This document shows positions 24,311-37,720 of a stretch of DNA of 64,000 nt, piece after piece. Numbering within the stretch: position 1 is the first letter of the stretch; the number at the start of each line of letters is the position of its first letter. Under the pieces are notes generated by a model, which was not told the DNA's origin, ran no database searches, and saw nothing but the letters and a program-made list of their open reading frames with translations. The stretch covers positions 342,922,001-342,986,000 of the forward strand of contig OZ024740.1 of NCBI GenBank assembly GCA_964016885.1. The letters are read 5' to 3'. The DNA is from Eledone cirrhosa. Taxonomy: Eukaryota. Position numbers and translations under genes: made by a program.

Positions 24311-26710
24311 CAGTGGTCGCCAACCTTTCTAAAACCGAGGAACCCTCTAAATATTTTGAATTCTTCACGGAACCTATACAATACAAAACTTTTCAAAAAA
24401 AATAATAAAGTATTTATTTATTTTAGTGTTTCATGCGTGTGTATGTAATCGAACACAATGGCTTTTCTGCTGCTGCGCCTCATCAGTGAGTTTAGAAAAT
24501 CGAGGTTCAACACTAGTTAATGCCAGTCTCATACACTCGTCAATTGCTGACAGTTTATTCCTCTTCTTTGTGCAGATTTCCACCAACTGCGAAAACCCTT
24601 TTTCGCACAAATAGCTAGATGGGAATAAAGTCAAATACTTCAATGCAAGTTGGCTGATTTTATTAAACTCCCCAATCAAGAATAAGCGATCCATAGTTCT
24701 TTCTTTCTGCTTTCGAATATCACTTTCAGGTCTTCGTTTGAATTCAAATCCATCAACTGATGTAAGCATTGGGCAGGTAGTAAATTTTTACAATTTCCAG
24801 CGTCATTTTCTGACACTAACTGCTCGATCTCGGTGAACGGGTTTTTTATCCATAAATTTCCGCTAACAATATCTTTTTCCATCAAGTCAAAATAATCTGA
24901 AAAACCTGTAGAAAGCACATTTAAATGAGAAAGAATAATCTTCTTTAGATTGCTGGAGTCAAAATTTTCTCTTTTTAAGCTCTATTTCAAGGTTTGAAAG
25001 TAATTATCCGATTCAATTCTTTTTATAAAGATGTTTAATTTTGATTGAAAATATGTAATAAAATTGATTGAAGTAAAAATATCTGCATTGTTACCCTGAA
25101 GACACTTATTTAGTTTGTTCAGTTCACCAAAAATGTCTACTAAATAAGTGAGTTGCACATTCCATTCATTGGTTTCTAATACACTTGCTCTTTCATCATT
25201 CTGTTTTTTTAGAAAAACTATTATTTCTTCTCTCAGTTCAAAAACTCTCTTCATAGCATCCCCAAAAGACAGCCAACGCACATCATTGTTCAATAACAAT
25301 CTATTATAATTACTTCCAGAAGATTCACAAATAGATTAAAACATTCTAGAATTTTTTGCTCTTGCATGGATCAAATTGATAATTTTGACAATGTCTTTCA
25401 GCTGGTCATTTAATATTTGAGCATCTCTGTCTTTGAATTTTTTTAGCACATTGTATGATTCATCTCTCGATGAATCATACAATGATTTGAAATACAATTT
25501 GGGGTCTGTTCTTTAATTTTTGCAATCAAACCAGAATTTTTACCAGTCATTGCAGCTGCTCCATCTGTTGTTATTGAAGTCAACTTGCTCCAAGATACAC
25601 CATTTTTTAAAAAATACTCTTCAATTTTATTGAATATATCTTAACCTTTAGTTGTGATGTCTAATGCCAGACAAAACAAATACTCTTCTACTAATTCTTT
25701 TTTTATCAAGGTCTACAAACCGTACGTAGCAAATTAATTGAGCCTTGTTATTAATATCCGTAGTTTCGTCAACTTGCAGTCCAAAAAACATGGGCTTTTC
25801 TTTAGTGCAGTTAGTATCTGATTTTCTATATCAGAAGAAATATCAATTATCCCTCTTTTTACGGTATTTGCTGACAATGGTAACTGGCTTAATTTTTCTT
25901 TGTCCTTAATACTGCAGCTTTCAAAAAGATTCTCTGTAGCAATTTTTATACTTGGCAGAATTAACTGTTCTCCTAATGTAAATGGTTTCTTGTTTTTACC
26001 AATCAAATGTGAAATCTCAAAAGATGTTCTTGTTAAAGCTTTATTTCTATCTGACTTTTTACAAAACAAGTCATACATATTAGCTTGTGATTTTTTAATG
26101 TTGTTTTTCAGCGAAGTAAAGTATTCCAGTGACTTGTTTTTATCATTGGTGTGATTAGTATCAGTGTGTCTTAAGTTTTGCAGGATTTAAACAGCTATTT
26201 GATAGAACTTTTGAACATAACAAACACATGGGCTGATCTGGTGTATCTTTTTTAGTGTCAGCTTTTTGAAATCCATATCTAACATAATCATCACACCACT
26301 GTCTAACCTCACTGCTGGTATCTAACTTCAGCTTCTTTGCAGTAGACATCATATCAATGTTATTTATCTACAGTTAACATTTTTAATATGACATTAATAA
26401 ACAAGAGAAATTAACAGTTTTTTTAATTACAAAAAGTACTTAAATTAACTTTAATTTTAGATATTTGGAAAAACTTAAATAGTTAAAAGAAAATTTTAAT
26501 AAAAATTAAAATTTCTCCATTTTAGGATGGCAAACATTATTTAATGTCTTATAATAATATTAAAATATTAGGGGTTACTGAAAAAGGTGCAAATTTATGA
26601 ACTAGAAGAAATTTTTTTCAGAGTCCAGCACTTCCTTTATTTTTTTAAGGAACCCGGAGTTTGTTTTACGGAACCCCAAGATTCCGCGGAACCCATGTTG
26701 GCGACCACTG
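24311..26710 (-). mobile_element. Full-length hAT Buster/Charlie DNA transposon (2400 bp)
   Basis: Perfect 14-bp TIR cagtggtcgccaac. Perfect 8-bp TSD ctttaggg with central TA at 24303-24310 and 26711-26718. Confidence 0.95.
24431..26352 (-). pseudogene. Disrupted Buster-type (ZBED5/SCAND3-like) transposase
   Basis: YVRYGF..PMCLLC..PAKLKTH (BED finger), KPFTLGEQLI, PLSANTVKR, VRWLS.G, FPSSYLCEKGFS. Several stops and frameshifts. Confidence 0.9.
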
Positions 26711-27727
26711 CTTTAGGGAATTGAATTGAGAAATCTTATTTTATCTATAGCATTTTATATTAAATTATAAAGAATAGAGGTGTTGATAGAATTAATGTTA
26801 ATTAATGGGGATCATATATATATATATATATATTAGCTCAATTCATATAACTGTAAGGAACAAGTAAGAGATCATCTGAGAATTGTTACCTACTATAGAC
26901 TGGTACCTTAATGAGAGGGAGATATATCTCCCATGTATTTGAAATCATGAAACTGGAGCTTAAGGGTAGAGGAAATATTTACATTTTATACCAAAATCTA
27001 GGATAAACAAATAGGTGTAGGCATGAGTGTGTGATTTAAAATAGTTCACTTCCCAGCTGTATGGTTTGGGACTCTATCCCATTGCCTGGCACCTTGAATA
27101 AATGTCGCCTGCTATAAAGTCAGGCTGACCAATACCTTGTGAGGGAGTTTGGTAAACAGAAACTGTAAGGAGGCCTGTGTATGTATGTTCATGTGAGTGT
27201 CATTTTATTGCATACATTTTCATATCGACAACACTTCAAGCAAGTGGTAAGGTTTCTTTATGTTCTGGATATACATTTCATCCCACAATGTAGAGATTCA
27301 ACAAATAGCGATATACACCATATTTATAAATTAAATATGAGTTTGACATCAGAAAGAATATCTAATCATTTTTCCAGCATGGAAAAAAGGATGATGATGC
27401 AGATGACGATGATGATGATAATGACTGGATGAAACATTCTCACTCTAAAATTGGATCTTCCACTAGCAAACACTGTATGACAGAATGTATTTTGTAATAT
27501 CACTGTCTCTCTCTCTCTCCCTCACACACACAATCATTTAAGGCCATTTTCCCTGCTAAAGTAGGGGTCTCCTGACAGGCTTCATATTCATCAGGGGGTT
27601 CATTTTAAGGCAATATTGTACTGCCAGATTCCCTTCCCAGTGCCAATCCTTTTAGTTGCTTTTTATGACACATGGAAATACAGTGCACCTATACTAAACA
27701 CATGATATTATATTACAGTATCAGATT

Positions 27728-28101
27728 GGCGGTGGATTGGCAGTATCGGTAGAGGGTCAGACGCCATGCTTTCCAGCATAGTTACGTCCCTTTACGATCT
27801 GAGTTCAAATCCCGCCGAGGTTAACTTTGCTTTTCATCCTTACAGGGTCGATAAAATAAAGTACCAGTAATGCACTGGGTAATTGCTGACCTTGTGCCTA
27901 AAGTAGAAACAATTACATTACAGTATCAGTATCGGTAGAGGGTCAGACGCCATGCTTTGCAGCATAGAGTTACGGCCCTTTACGATCTGAGTTCAAATCC
28001 CGCCGAGGTTAACTTTGCCTTTCATCCTTACGGGGTCGATAAAATAAAGTACCAGTAATGTACTGTAGTAATTGCTGGCCTTGTGCCAAATGTAGAAACA
28101 A
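27728..28101 (+). mobile_element. Two tandem family-A SINEs
   Basis: Copies at ~27728-27912 and ~27927-28101. attacagtatcag occurs before, between and after them. Confidence 0.9.
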
Positions 28102-28544
28102 TTATATTACAGTATCAGTGACTAAATTACATGTTTTCCTCTTCCTCCTCCTTCTTCATACTATACTCCATTCAGAGTGTAATTTTTCTGACAGCAGTAG
28201 GATACAATAATCTGCCACTTGAGTGCATAGATGATACATCATTACTTTTCATCTTTGCACAAGGTGTGGAATTTGAAGTCAAAATTGAAAAAAAAAAAGA
28301 AGGCAGAACAGATACTGCAAACCATCTTTTCCAGTGCTCTAATAATTCTGCCAATCTACCACCTAAAGACTGGTATTTTATTTTTGAACCCCAAAAGAAT
28401 GGAAGCAAAGTTGATCTCAGTGGTATTTGACCTCATAGTGCAGAGAACAGGAACAAATATTACAAAGAATGTAATCCAACACTCTAATGTTGCCTATATA
28501 TACTGGAGACTTAGTAAAATAGAAAAGCAGTTATGAATGATGTA

Positions 28545-28737
28545 CGAGGGGGTGCTGAAAAGTTCCTAGCTTTGGGTAAAAGAAAATACAGGAGGATCAG
28601 TTATTTATGATTTTATCCAACATATTCCCCTCTCAGATTCACACACTTATTGCAGCAGTACTTCAGCTTTTCTAAGCCCTGTAAAAAGAACCCAGAAGGT
28701 TGGGCCTCCATAGCAGGAACTTTTCAGCACCCCCTCG
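28545..28737. mobile_element. Mariner-type MITE
   Basis: Perfect 23-bp TIR cgagggggtgctgaaaagttcct with TA TSD. Confidence 0.92.
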
Positions 28738-30227
28738 TAAGTCATATAGCAACTTTCATTATAACAGTAAACCTTGAAGGACTTAAAAGCAGGTAATGCA
28801 GTCTGTTCTGAGAACAATGGGCTTCACAGACAAGAAATTGCAGGGTTGAGATTAATGGATTTAAATTATTATTCCAATTTCAGCTTTATCCAGCTTGTGA
28901 CTATCACAAAACACATTGACAATGATGATGATCATCACCATTATAATGATGATGATGGTAGTGATAATTATAATGATGATGAAGATCTAATAGAATTTCT
29001 GTTGTATTTCATATAAACAGAATTTATAAACAGACAAATTCATTCTCCATAAAATCGAACCATTTGACATGCTGAGAAAGTTTCTTAATTCCACTCAATG
29101 TAACCTAAGAAACTAATATCATTTACAGTGAAATCTAACCTATATACAAATTTCTCCCAATTGTCAAATTCCAGAACATGACCTCTTTTTCATATTAACT
29201 CTTAACATCCTACACCACATGAAAATGTGCAAGCAAAAAAATTCTTAAGTTTTGCTCTAAATACCAAATAAATAATGAAAGTTACTAAATCCTTTGAAAT
29301 TGTTGATTCTTAAAATTATTTTTAAAAAATAGGCAATATCTTCATTACAAATATAATGAAATGGTTAACTTGCTTCATGAATATAAAATGCTTCACATTT
29401 CCTCTATTATAAAAAGATAAATTCATATTCATAGATTCAAATGATTCTTGTATATAATTAATGAAGAGAAAATTTAATCTATGACCTTCTGCCAAGCTCA
29501 GGTTAAACCTACATTGAAGTATTGTTCACATATATGGAACAGTGAAGTAGTAGCTGCACTCATAGTCATAGATTACATTGAAAATAAAGCCATTTCACTC
29601 GGTGGCAATAATTTACTTGCCAACATGCTACCATCATTAACGATTTAGCAGAGTCGTAAGAGTGTACCAAAAATTGCCTTACAGTATATGTTTTGATTCT
29701 CTGCCATGATCAACTTTGCTTTTCATTCTTTTCAAGTCATTAAAATAAAGTACTAAACCAAGGTGGTTGATAGGTGAAATTATTAGGGTGTCAAACAAGA
29801 GACCTTGCAGTATTTGTTCTGATTTTTTGCATTCTGGGTCTAAATCCTGCTGGGGCCTACTTGAGTGCTAGACTTAATCCACTGACTGGTTTAACACTAT
29901 CCCTGGCACTATGGGTGCTTGTAACAGAAGTCACTCTGTTGCAAGCATTCAGACCAGGTCTCCAGTGTCTGTGGAATGGTCAGCCACTTGCATGTTAATT
30001 CAATTAACAGCCTGTTCTGATTATTGAACAACTGGTACACATGTTTAAGAACCAACTGAGGTCTGACACCTAAAAAAGTTTATGTTGACTGTTTATATCC
30101 CATTTAGGAGTTTGACAAACTGGGATCAATAAAATAAGTACCAGATCTGTAAAAAAAGAATATTGGGGTTGATATAATAAACTAAAATCCTTTCAAGGTG
30201 GTGCCCCAGCATGACTACAAATAGTGG

Positions 30228-30436
30228 TTTTTGATTTAGGCACAACGGCAACCATTTTTGGGGAGGGGAAAGTCAATTAAATTGCCAACAGTGCATTACT
30301 GGTACATTATTTTATTGACCTCGTAAGGATGAAAAGCAAAGCTAATCTCGGTGGAATTTGAACCCAGAACGTAAAGGGCCGTAACTCAATGCCATAAAGA
30401 ATGTTGTCTGATGCTCTATTTATATTGCCAATCCAG
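30228..30436 (-). mobile_element. Older family-A SINE (other old copies near 20063-20190, 28270-28490, 33224-33432, 35005-35130)
   Basis: Diverged match to the family-A consensus. Confidence 0.75.
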
Positions 30437-31559
30437 AGTACATTACCTACATATGTTAAGGATACACATTAACTGCCTCACTCTCCTCAGTCTTGAGTGG
30501 CCTGTAAATATTATAGACCTGTTTTTACTGCATTGGTTATCAACTGAACAGAGAAAACAGTCATATCAATGGCATCTTCATCAAACAGTCCAGAATCTCC
30601 TCTGGAACAAGGCTTTTTGTTTGTTTTTTCTTAGCAGGTTTATTTTCCACTGCCGGCTTGCTGTTGCAACTAACACTACTGATGTTGTCCAAAGGAAAGG
30701 CTAAGGCTGATACTGCTTGGCACCAGTGATGTTGTGAACTGGAACAACATGAAAGAAAGTGTTTTGCTCAAAGGACACAATGCATTGCCCAGTCGAGGAA
30801 TCGGACTAACAACCTCATGATTGTGAATCCAACTCTCTGACCACTAAGCCTTCACATATCAGTGGTATCAATTTCAGCAAAATCTGAGATACTGCAAAAT
30901 TCATAAGTCCAGTCCATTCCCTCCTGATTAACTTATAAAAATTGATTTAATCACACTAACCTAGCCCTTACCTTAACTCTTTTGTTATTATATTTCTAAA
31001 GAAAGACAATGATTTTCAAGTAATTTTGAAAATAATAAAATACTTGGAAAAATTTGTTAATACAACTAACTTTCTCATTATTAAGCTGATTGTTTGGAAA
31101 TATGACTTAAACAAGAAATTATGAAGGAGGGTTTTGTATCACAACCAGGGACAGTTTCAGGTGGTTTGGTATTGAAAGAGTTAATCACTTTAAAAGCTTA
31201 AAAGGAGGTTATGGGCACACCCATTCCTCCCATACCTTTTCAATCTAATGGACAAAATAAGTAAATAAATATACTTTAAAAAAGATTCAAGGTGTTCAAT
31301 TTAAGACTAATGGCATAAGATTCATTAAAATGTTTCCTTCAGAGTGAAGAAAGATCTTATGCTCCATGTTAGCTTACAAGCTTAGCAATGATTCCAAATT
31401 GTTTATTCAGTGTCAACTTAGTGTCATCTAGAGAAGTGATATAATAACATCTGGCTATAATGAAAATTAAAATTAGAATACAAAGAGGCCAGATCAACAG
31501 ACCATAGTGTGTGATAGAATAGCTGACCCTAGCTGAGAAACCTATATTTGAAGTACATT

Positions 31560-31941
31560 GGTGGATTGGCAGTATCGGTAGAGGGTCGGACGCCATGCTT
31601 TCCAGCATAGTTACGTCCCTTTACGATCTGAGTTCAAATGCCGCCGAGGTTGACTTTGCCTTTCATCCTTACAGGGTCGATAAAATAAAGTATCAGTAAT
31701 GCACTGGGTAATTGCTGGCCTTGTGCCTAAAGTAGAAACAATTATTTATAATATGGCGGTGGATTGGCAGTATCGGTAGAGGGTCAGACGCCATGCTTTG
31801 ACGCAACGAGTTACGGTCCTTTATGGTCTGAGTTCAAATCCCGCCGAAGTTAACTTTGCCTTTCATCCTTACGGGGGATCGATAAAATAAAGTACCAGTA
31901 ATGCACTGGGTAATTGCTGGCCTTGTGCCAAAAGTAGAAAT
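31560..31941 (+). mobile_element. Two tandem family-A SINEs
   Basis: Copies at ~31560-31741 and ~31755-31941. Confidence 0.9.
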
Positions 31942-33961
31942 AATTATTTATATTATGGACATAGCAAGGCAGAATGGTTGACTTTGCTTCACAATTATCA
32001 CATCCTAGGTTCAATCCCACTGTGTGGTATCTTTAGCAAGTGTCATTTATGATATATATATATACACACACCATGTTGTAAGAAGTAACTATAAGGGTTA
32101 GCATCAAGAAGGGTAATTGGCTATAGAAAATTGTCCCCAACTGAGATTGTAGTATAATACCAACATTTGGACATATGGTGTAATATCAAACTTTTTTCTA
32201 CTTTGCATAAGGATAATTTTAAAGGAGAAAGAATTCTGTTGAATGAAATGAGGTTTAAACTGAGTGCTAAAACTAGATGTGATGAAGCACTCAGTCTAAC
32301 CATCGCCAACATCTGTTGTTACTCCAATATTTCAACTAGTTATGTGATACTTATATCTAGACCAATGGAGGCAGTGGAGTGCATTTGTTTAGCTATATTT
32401 CTTTATATTTTAAGCAGGTGTTAACTTTGCTTTCTATTCCTCTGAAGTTGATAACATATGTACTATTAGTGTTAAATGGTTAAAGTCTATCCCAAGTGCA
32501 GTGGATGGAGATTATTCCAATTTCAATGACATTAAGTGGCAGCTGCTAGTACTCATCTTTACCAGCTGAATGGACTGGAGCAACACGATGCAATGCCTGT
32601 ATTTCAAAATCATGACCTTATGATTATGAGTACAATAACCTAATCACTAGGACAGGTACCTTCAAAGTTGTATACTGGAATCATTTCAAAGTAGGTACAT
32701 TCCTTACATCAAAATTAGAAAACAATATATAGACCAGAAATATATCAAAGCTTCAACTAATATTTATCATACATCACATTGAAATGTTAATGATAATGTA
32801 ACAATCATTGGCTTAAAGTAGCAGTCAAATACTTGAGTTAATATTCTTGACTACATCCCATTTACCAAACTTTTTGGCTTTATATCATTATTTTCGGAAG
32901 GGTCAATATAAATAAGCACCAATCAAGTACTGGTTTAATCGATTGTGCCTTCTTCCAAAATTCCTGGCTTTGTGTTATCATTATTTGGCCTTTTGTAGAG
33001 GTCCACCTGTACCATGAGGAGTGAATACCATATTTACTTATATATTATATATACCTAATTTGTATATCATGAACATATTTTATACCTCATCCATTTTCAT
33101 GTAAACCTCCACCTTCATGTTGTAGTGTGTCTTTGTAATGTCCCCTTTATCTGACAGCCTGTAGTAGATAAAAGAAACCACCATTACCCATTATCATTAT
33201 CATTATTATCATTGTTGTTGTTAGGGCAGTGGATTGGCAGTATCATTAGAGCATCGGACATTATGCTTTGTGGCATATAGATATGGCCCTTTACATTCTG
33301 AGTTCAAATCCTGCTGAGGTTAGCTTTGCCTTTCATCCTTATGGGGTCAATAAAGCACCAGTAATGAACTGGGCTCGATTTAATCGACTTTCCCCTCCCC
33401 CCAAATTGTTGGCCTTGTGCCTAAATCAGAAACCATTATTGTTATTCTTCTTCTTCTTGTCACTACAGCTCCTCCTACAATAAATTGGAAAGAGATGCCA
33501 TACTTTGTGGATAGAATGCAAAGCTATCACAAGTAACTTCTGTAAACCATTACAATAAAATATTTCATTGATTTCTATAGTCACACTGTAAATGTGAGGA
33601 TTTCAATATTAACACAGTAGGAAGTGAACTAACATCTGTTATATAGTCAAATTGATTTACATTCTCAAAAAAATTAGAAATAAATCAACAAATGTTTTAA
33701 TCACAATGAAAACATGATTAATGTGAATAAATTTCACGAGTTGAAAATAAAAAAAACCTGTCAAATTGATCTACATTTAGATTTCAAGTAACTTTTGTGG
33801 TTTTGAAAATGGAAAAGTAGGGAAAGCAAGGGCTCTAGGGTCACAGAATTTGTAAGGCAACTAAACATTTAGAAAAAAAACTGACATAAATTTTTGTCTT
33901 TGAAAACATAATCAAAGTGAATTTTATTCACAAGTTGAAAATATTTCAAACAAATATTATG

Positions 33962-34495
33962 TATGACTGTATGGTTAAGAAGTTCACTTTGCAAGCATGT
34001 GGTTTCAGGTTCTATTCCACTGTGCAGTACCTTGAGCAAGTATCTTCTACCATAGCTTTGAGTTGACCAATTCCATATGTGTGAATTTAGTGGCAGGAAC
34101 TGTAAAAGTAGCTCCTTGTGTTTGTGTGTTTCTGTCTCTTTGCTTCACATCTGACATTGGTGACAGTAATGTTTGTTTATGTCCTACTTAAACAGGTGTC
34201 TTGGGTTAGATGTGCAAAGATCTATACCCTACATCAGAGTTTCCCAAACTTTTTCAAATGCAGAACCCTTTTTGGTTCAGAAACTTTTGAAGGAACCCCA
34301 ACGTCTAATATCGTCATATGGTCGTAATATAAATATACTCCTCTACCCTTTTTTCATGGAACCACTGTCTTACACAATAAAACAAGTGAGGGTTGATGTC
34401 AAGAAGGGCTACAGAATTTTGCCTCAGAAAAGTCTTGTCCAATCCATACCAGCATGTAGAAACAGACATATAAAAAATGATACTGATATGATTAG
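33962..34495 (+). mobile_element. tRNA/CORE-type SINE with RTE-like tail, containing a decayed hAT-Charlie MITE (~34235-34366); related copies near 2195, 5330, 16690, 20965, 27015, 34575
   Basis: tggttaagaagttcac..ggttctattccactgtgcagtaccttgagcaagt head, gtcaagaagggc motif, cagagtttcccaaactttt MITE end. Confidence 0.6.
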
Positions 34496-35637
34496 AAGAC
34501 TATATAAGAGCACTCCATAAGTATTTGTGCTGCAGGAATTGGAAGAGTATTATGTTTGGTAATATACATTTCAGTGGCATGGCTTTGTTGTTAAGAAGTT
34601 CACTTCAAAACCACAGGATTTCGGGTTTTATCCCGAGTGCTTCAGGATAACCACCGCCCTGTGAGGGAATTTAGTAGAAGAAAACTCTAAGAATGCCTAT
34701 TGTATACACATGTGTGTGTGCGTATCTGTGTGTAATAGTTGCTTCATACAAAATTATGTGTATATATGATGACACTTGCTAAAGATACCACACAGTGGGA
34801 TTGAACCTGGGATGTTTTAATTGTTAAACAAAGTTAACCAATCTGCCTTGTTATGTCCACACTCAAACATAATATAAATAATGTACTTCAAACACCAACT
34901 ACATCTACTAAATATCGAGTTTCTGAAAACAAGTTTCTTTATAAAAATAGAATTGTCTTCTGAAATTCCATATTTAATTCAATTGTGACGACCATCCTTA
35001 ACACCTTGAGTCACAAGGCCACACATTTGGGGAGAATGATTTAGTCGATTAGATCAATCCACAATACTTGACTGGTACTTTATTTTATCGACAGTCGGAA
35101 GGATGAAAAACAAAATCGTCCTTGGCGGGTAATTACGAGTATTTCGTTTTCAGAAATATAATCATTTTGATAGAAATAACGAAATTATTTTAATACCGAA
35201 ACAGTTGAATAATTAAACACTTTTGAGGCATGAAGTATAATTACTGCATTATAGAAATAAGGAGCATAACTAGATTATTGTTCCATCCACGAAAGTGAAA
35301 GTTTTCGTCATACTTTCTAATTCCATGCTGACAATGAATAATACCAATCAGGATAAAGCCATAGATCATACAGGAGCGTAATGTCATTCATAACAAATAT
35401 GAATTGTGAGAGAAAAATAATACCTTTTTAAAAATTTTATTCCATCTACATAATCGTTATCTATACCTTCGAAAATGTATCTGCGAAATGTCATGAGAAA
35501 ATATGTATTGTTAAGAAAGTTATGAGGAAAGAAATCCGGCGGGGGAGGGGAACACTAAACAGTAAGCCGTGGTTATGTCGAAATATAAACAGTAACTAAA
35601 CACATAGTGAGGAAATATAAATCAAAGTTTCACTTAC

Positions 35638-36285
35638 CCCAAAAAGACCATTTTGTAAACCAAATGGAATTGGTGTGAGCCTAGCCAATGCAATGACTTT
35701 GTATCCCTGAGGGCCTTCAACAACCTTAATGACAGCCTCTAGTTTTTTGCTGTAAAACCTCACGGTTATACATCGACAACAAGTCCTCAAAACTAAATAA
35801 GCAGTTGATACACCGACAGCCCCACAGGTAAGTACAACGAAGATGCCACGCAAGAATCCGTACACATAACCCGTTGTCAGCAACAGTAGAAAGTAGCCCC
35901 AAGCTATAGGAAAACTGACAAGTGTGTACATACATAAAAAAGCTAAATAGCTGACAATTGCATCAGTATGTTCCAACCATAACAACATATCTTTAACATA
36001 ACTCTTGAAAAAAATCAACAACAAACAGATTATTGAAATAACAGTCAACGAAACAATAGACATGTGACCACAGTTGGTAGCCGAAGGGTCGCTGTAAAAA
36101 CCATCCTCAAGAACTGATTGTCCACTATTGAGATTTAGAGTATGACGCGGAGAAGATCCGGTAGTGGAGGGAACTGCTACCAAGGAAGGTTTGCAAGGTG
36201 TTAAATTCTGTATCTTCGACATCTCTGAAGTCTCTGGCTGAGAAAAGAAAACTTTTTCCAGCGAAGATAGATCGCCGTATATCAT
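35638..36285 (-). CDS. TMEM64: TMEM64-like membrane protein (SNARE-associated/VTT domain), coding exon 1 (216 codons)
   Basis: ORF contains LVSFPIAWGY..GYVYGFLRG..KVIALARLTPIPFGLQNGLFG, matching TMEM64/DedA motifs. Donor GGG|gtaagt at 35638/35637; 648 nt, phase 0. Confidence 0.93.
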
Positions 36286-36916
36286 TTATGTAAAGTTATG
36301 TGTAAACGTGTGTGTTTTTGAATGTTTCTTTAAAACAGCTGAACCCCAATTAAAGAAAAAGAACGATCACTTGAAATTCATCTTTAAAATGGGTGCTCAA
36401 TAGGGATCACGATCGCTTAAGTCAATAAATATATAAAAATATCTGAATTGTTCATTCAACTTGATCACCAATGTTTCCTTGAAATATACTCACTATGCCG
36501 TAGGTTTGTTAAAGGTGAACGAAAAGTTTTCAAACATGTTCATGTTAACAGCGTTCAGTTATAAGAACTTCCAGGCTTTCACAACCGCTGATGTGGCTCG
36601 ACACTTGATAAATCTTAGTTTGTTGTGTCTATATGTATTTGTGTACATGAGTGGTCTTCACAATAATAATAATAAGGGTTTATCTTGTATCCACTTTAAC
36701 ACGCCACTTTTGTTGAAAACGACGAAAACCTTTCGTTGGACGATTTGCTTTGCTTTACATATTGGTCTAGTGATAGGCGAAACTAATGTAAACTATCGTG
36801 TTATGACACATCTAGATTACTTTTGCCTGTCATTGCAATTACGTGTGACGTAAGGAGTTATTTCCCTTAGTAAGCAGAATTTTATCGATTCTATTTCACA
36901 TCATGGCATGTTATTT

Positions 36917-37092
36917 TGGCAGTATCGGTAGAGAGTTGGACGCCATGCTTTGACGCATAGAGTTACTGCCCTTGCCATTCTGAGTTCAAATCCCGCCGAG
37001 GTTAACTTTGCCTTTCATCCTTATGGGGTCGATAAAATAAAGTACCAGTAATGTACTGGATAATTGCTGGCCTTGTGCCAAAAGTAAAAACA
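36917..37092 (+). mobile_element. Young family-A SINE upstream of TMEM64
   Basis: Consensus match with short TSD gttatt. Confidence 0.88.
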
Positions 37093-37555
37093 GTTATTAA
37101 CATACTCACCGAATAATATCGCTCATGTTAGAATTTTATTTAACTCTTTGCCTTTTACGATATCACATGATAGATATTAGGTATGTTTAAATGAAAGCTT
37201 ACGTATCACATGATGGACACTGGCGATATTTTATAATGCACTTTAACCTCATATTCAGAACAAATGAATTACACTTTTGTAATCCAAAATATATTTATCT
37301 GATGCAACAGCTAAAATAACAGTTAGTTTCAGAAAATGTACTTGAAAAAAATTGTTTGTTAAAAAACATTTAAGCGATGTTTTCCATTTAAAGTGTGATA
37401 AAACAATTGTTTATAAGTTTGGTAGATAATTTTAAAATAAATTAATAAAAATAAATAAGATATCGAAATATTATTTATTTTGCCTTTATAGTTAAAAAAT
37501 TCGCGCTTCAACTGTCACGCGATCTTGTGTTCTATCCCACTGAGTGACAACTTGG

Positions 37556-37720
37556 CAATGCGGGATTTACCATTGTGCTTAGGTGTGCTTAAAAGCACAG
37601 GGCCCCGTTGGCCATAGGTATCTTCCTGTCTGACTGCCTATGTAGGCTTACTGGGCCTACCTCCTTCAGGGACCTCATAACTTAACTAACACGGCCTCAT
37701 TTATCCTAAATCCGGCACTG
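37556..37720. mobile_element. hAT-type MITE nested in a SINE
   Basis: Ends caatgcgggattta and taaatccggcactg. Degenerate 8-bp TSD caacttgg / taccttgg. Confidence 0.65.

Noticed and set aside
24431-26352. Domesticated ZBED/SCAND3-type host gene
   Set aside because: Intact TIRs and TSD plus multiple ORF disruptions indicate a transposon copy.
35596-35637. C-terminus VSETLIYISSLCV of the 229-aa ORF
   Set aside because: This is read-through into intron 1 past a canonical gtaagt donor; homology continues in exon 2.
36300-36870. Specific TMEM64 promoter elements (e.g. tgacgtaa at ~36846)
   Set aside because: The location is plausible, but short motifs cannot be supported without TSS data.
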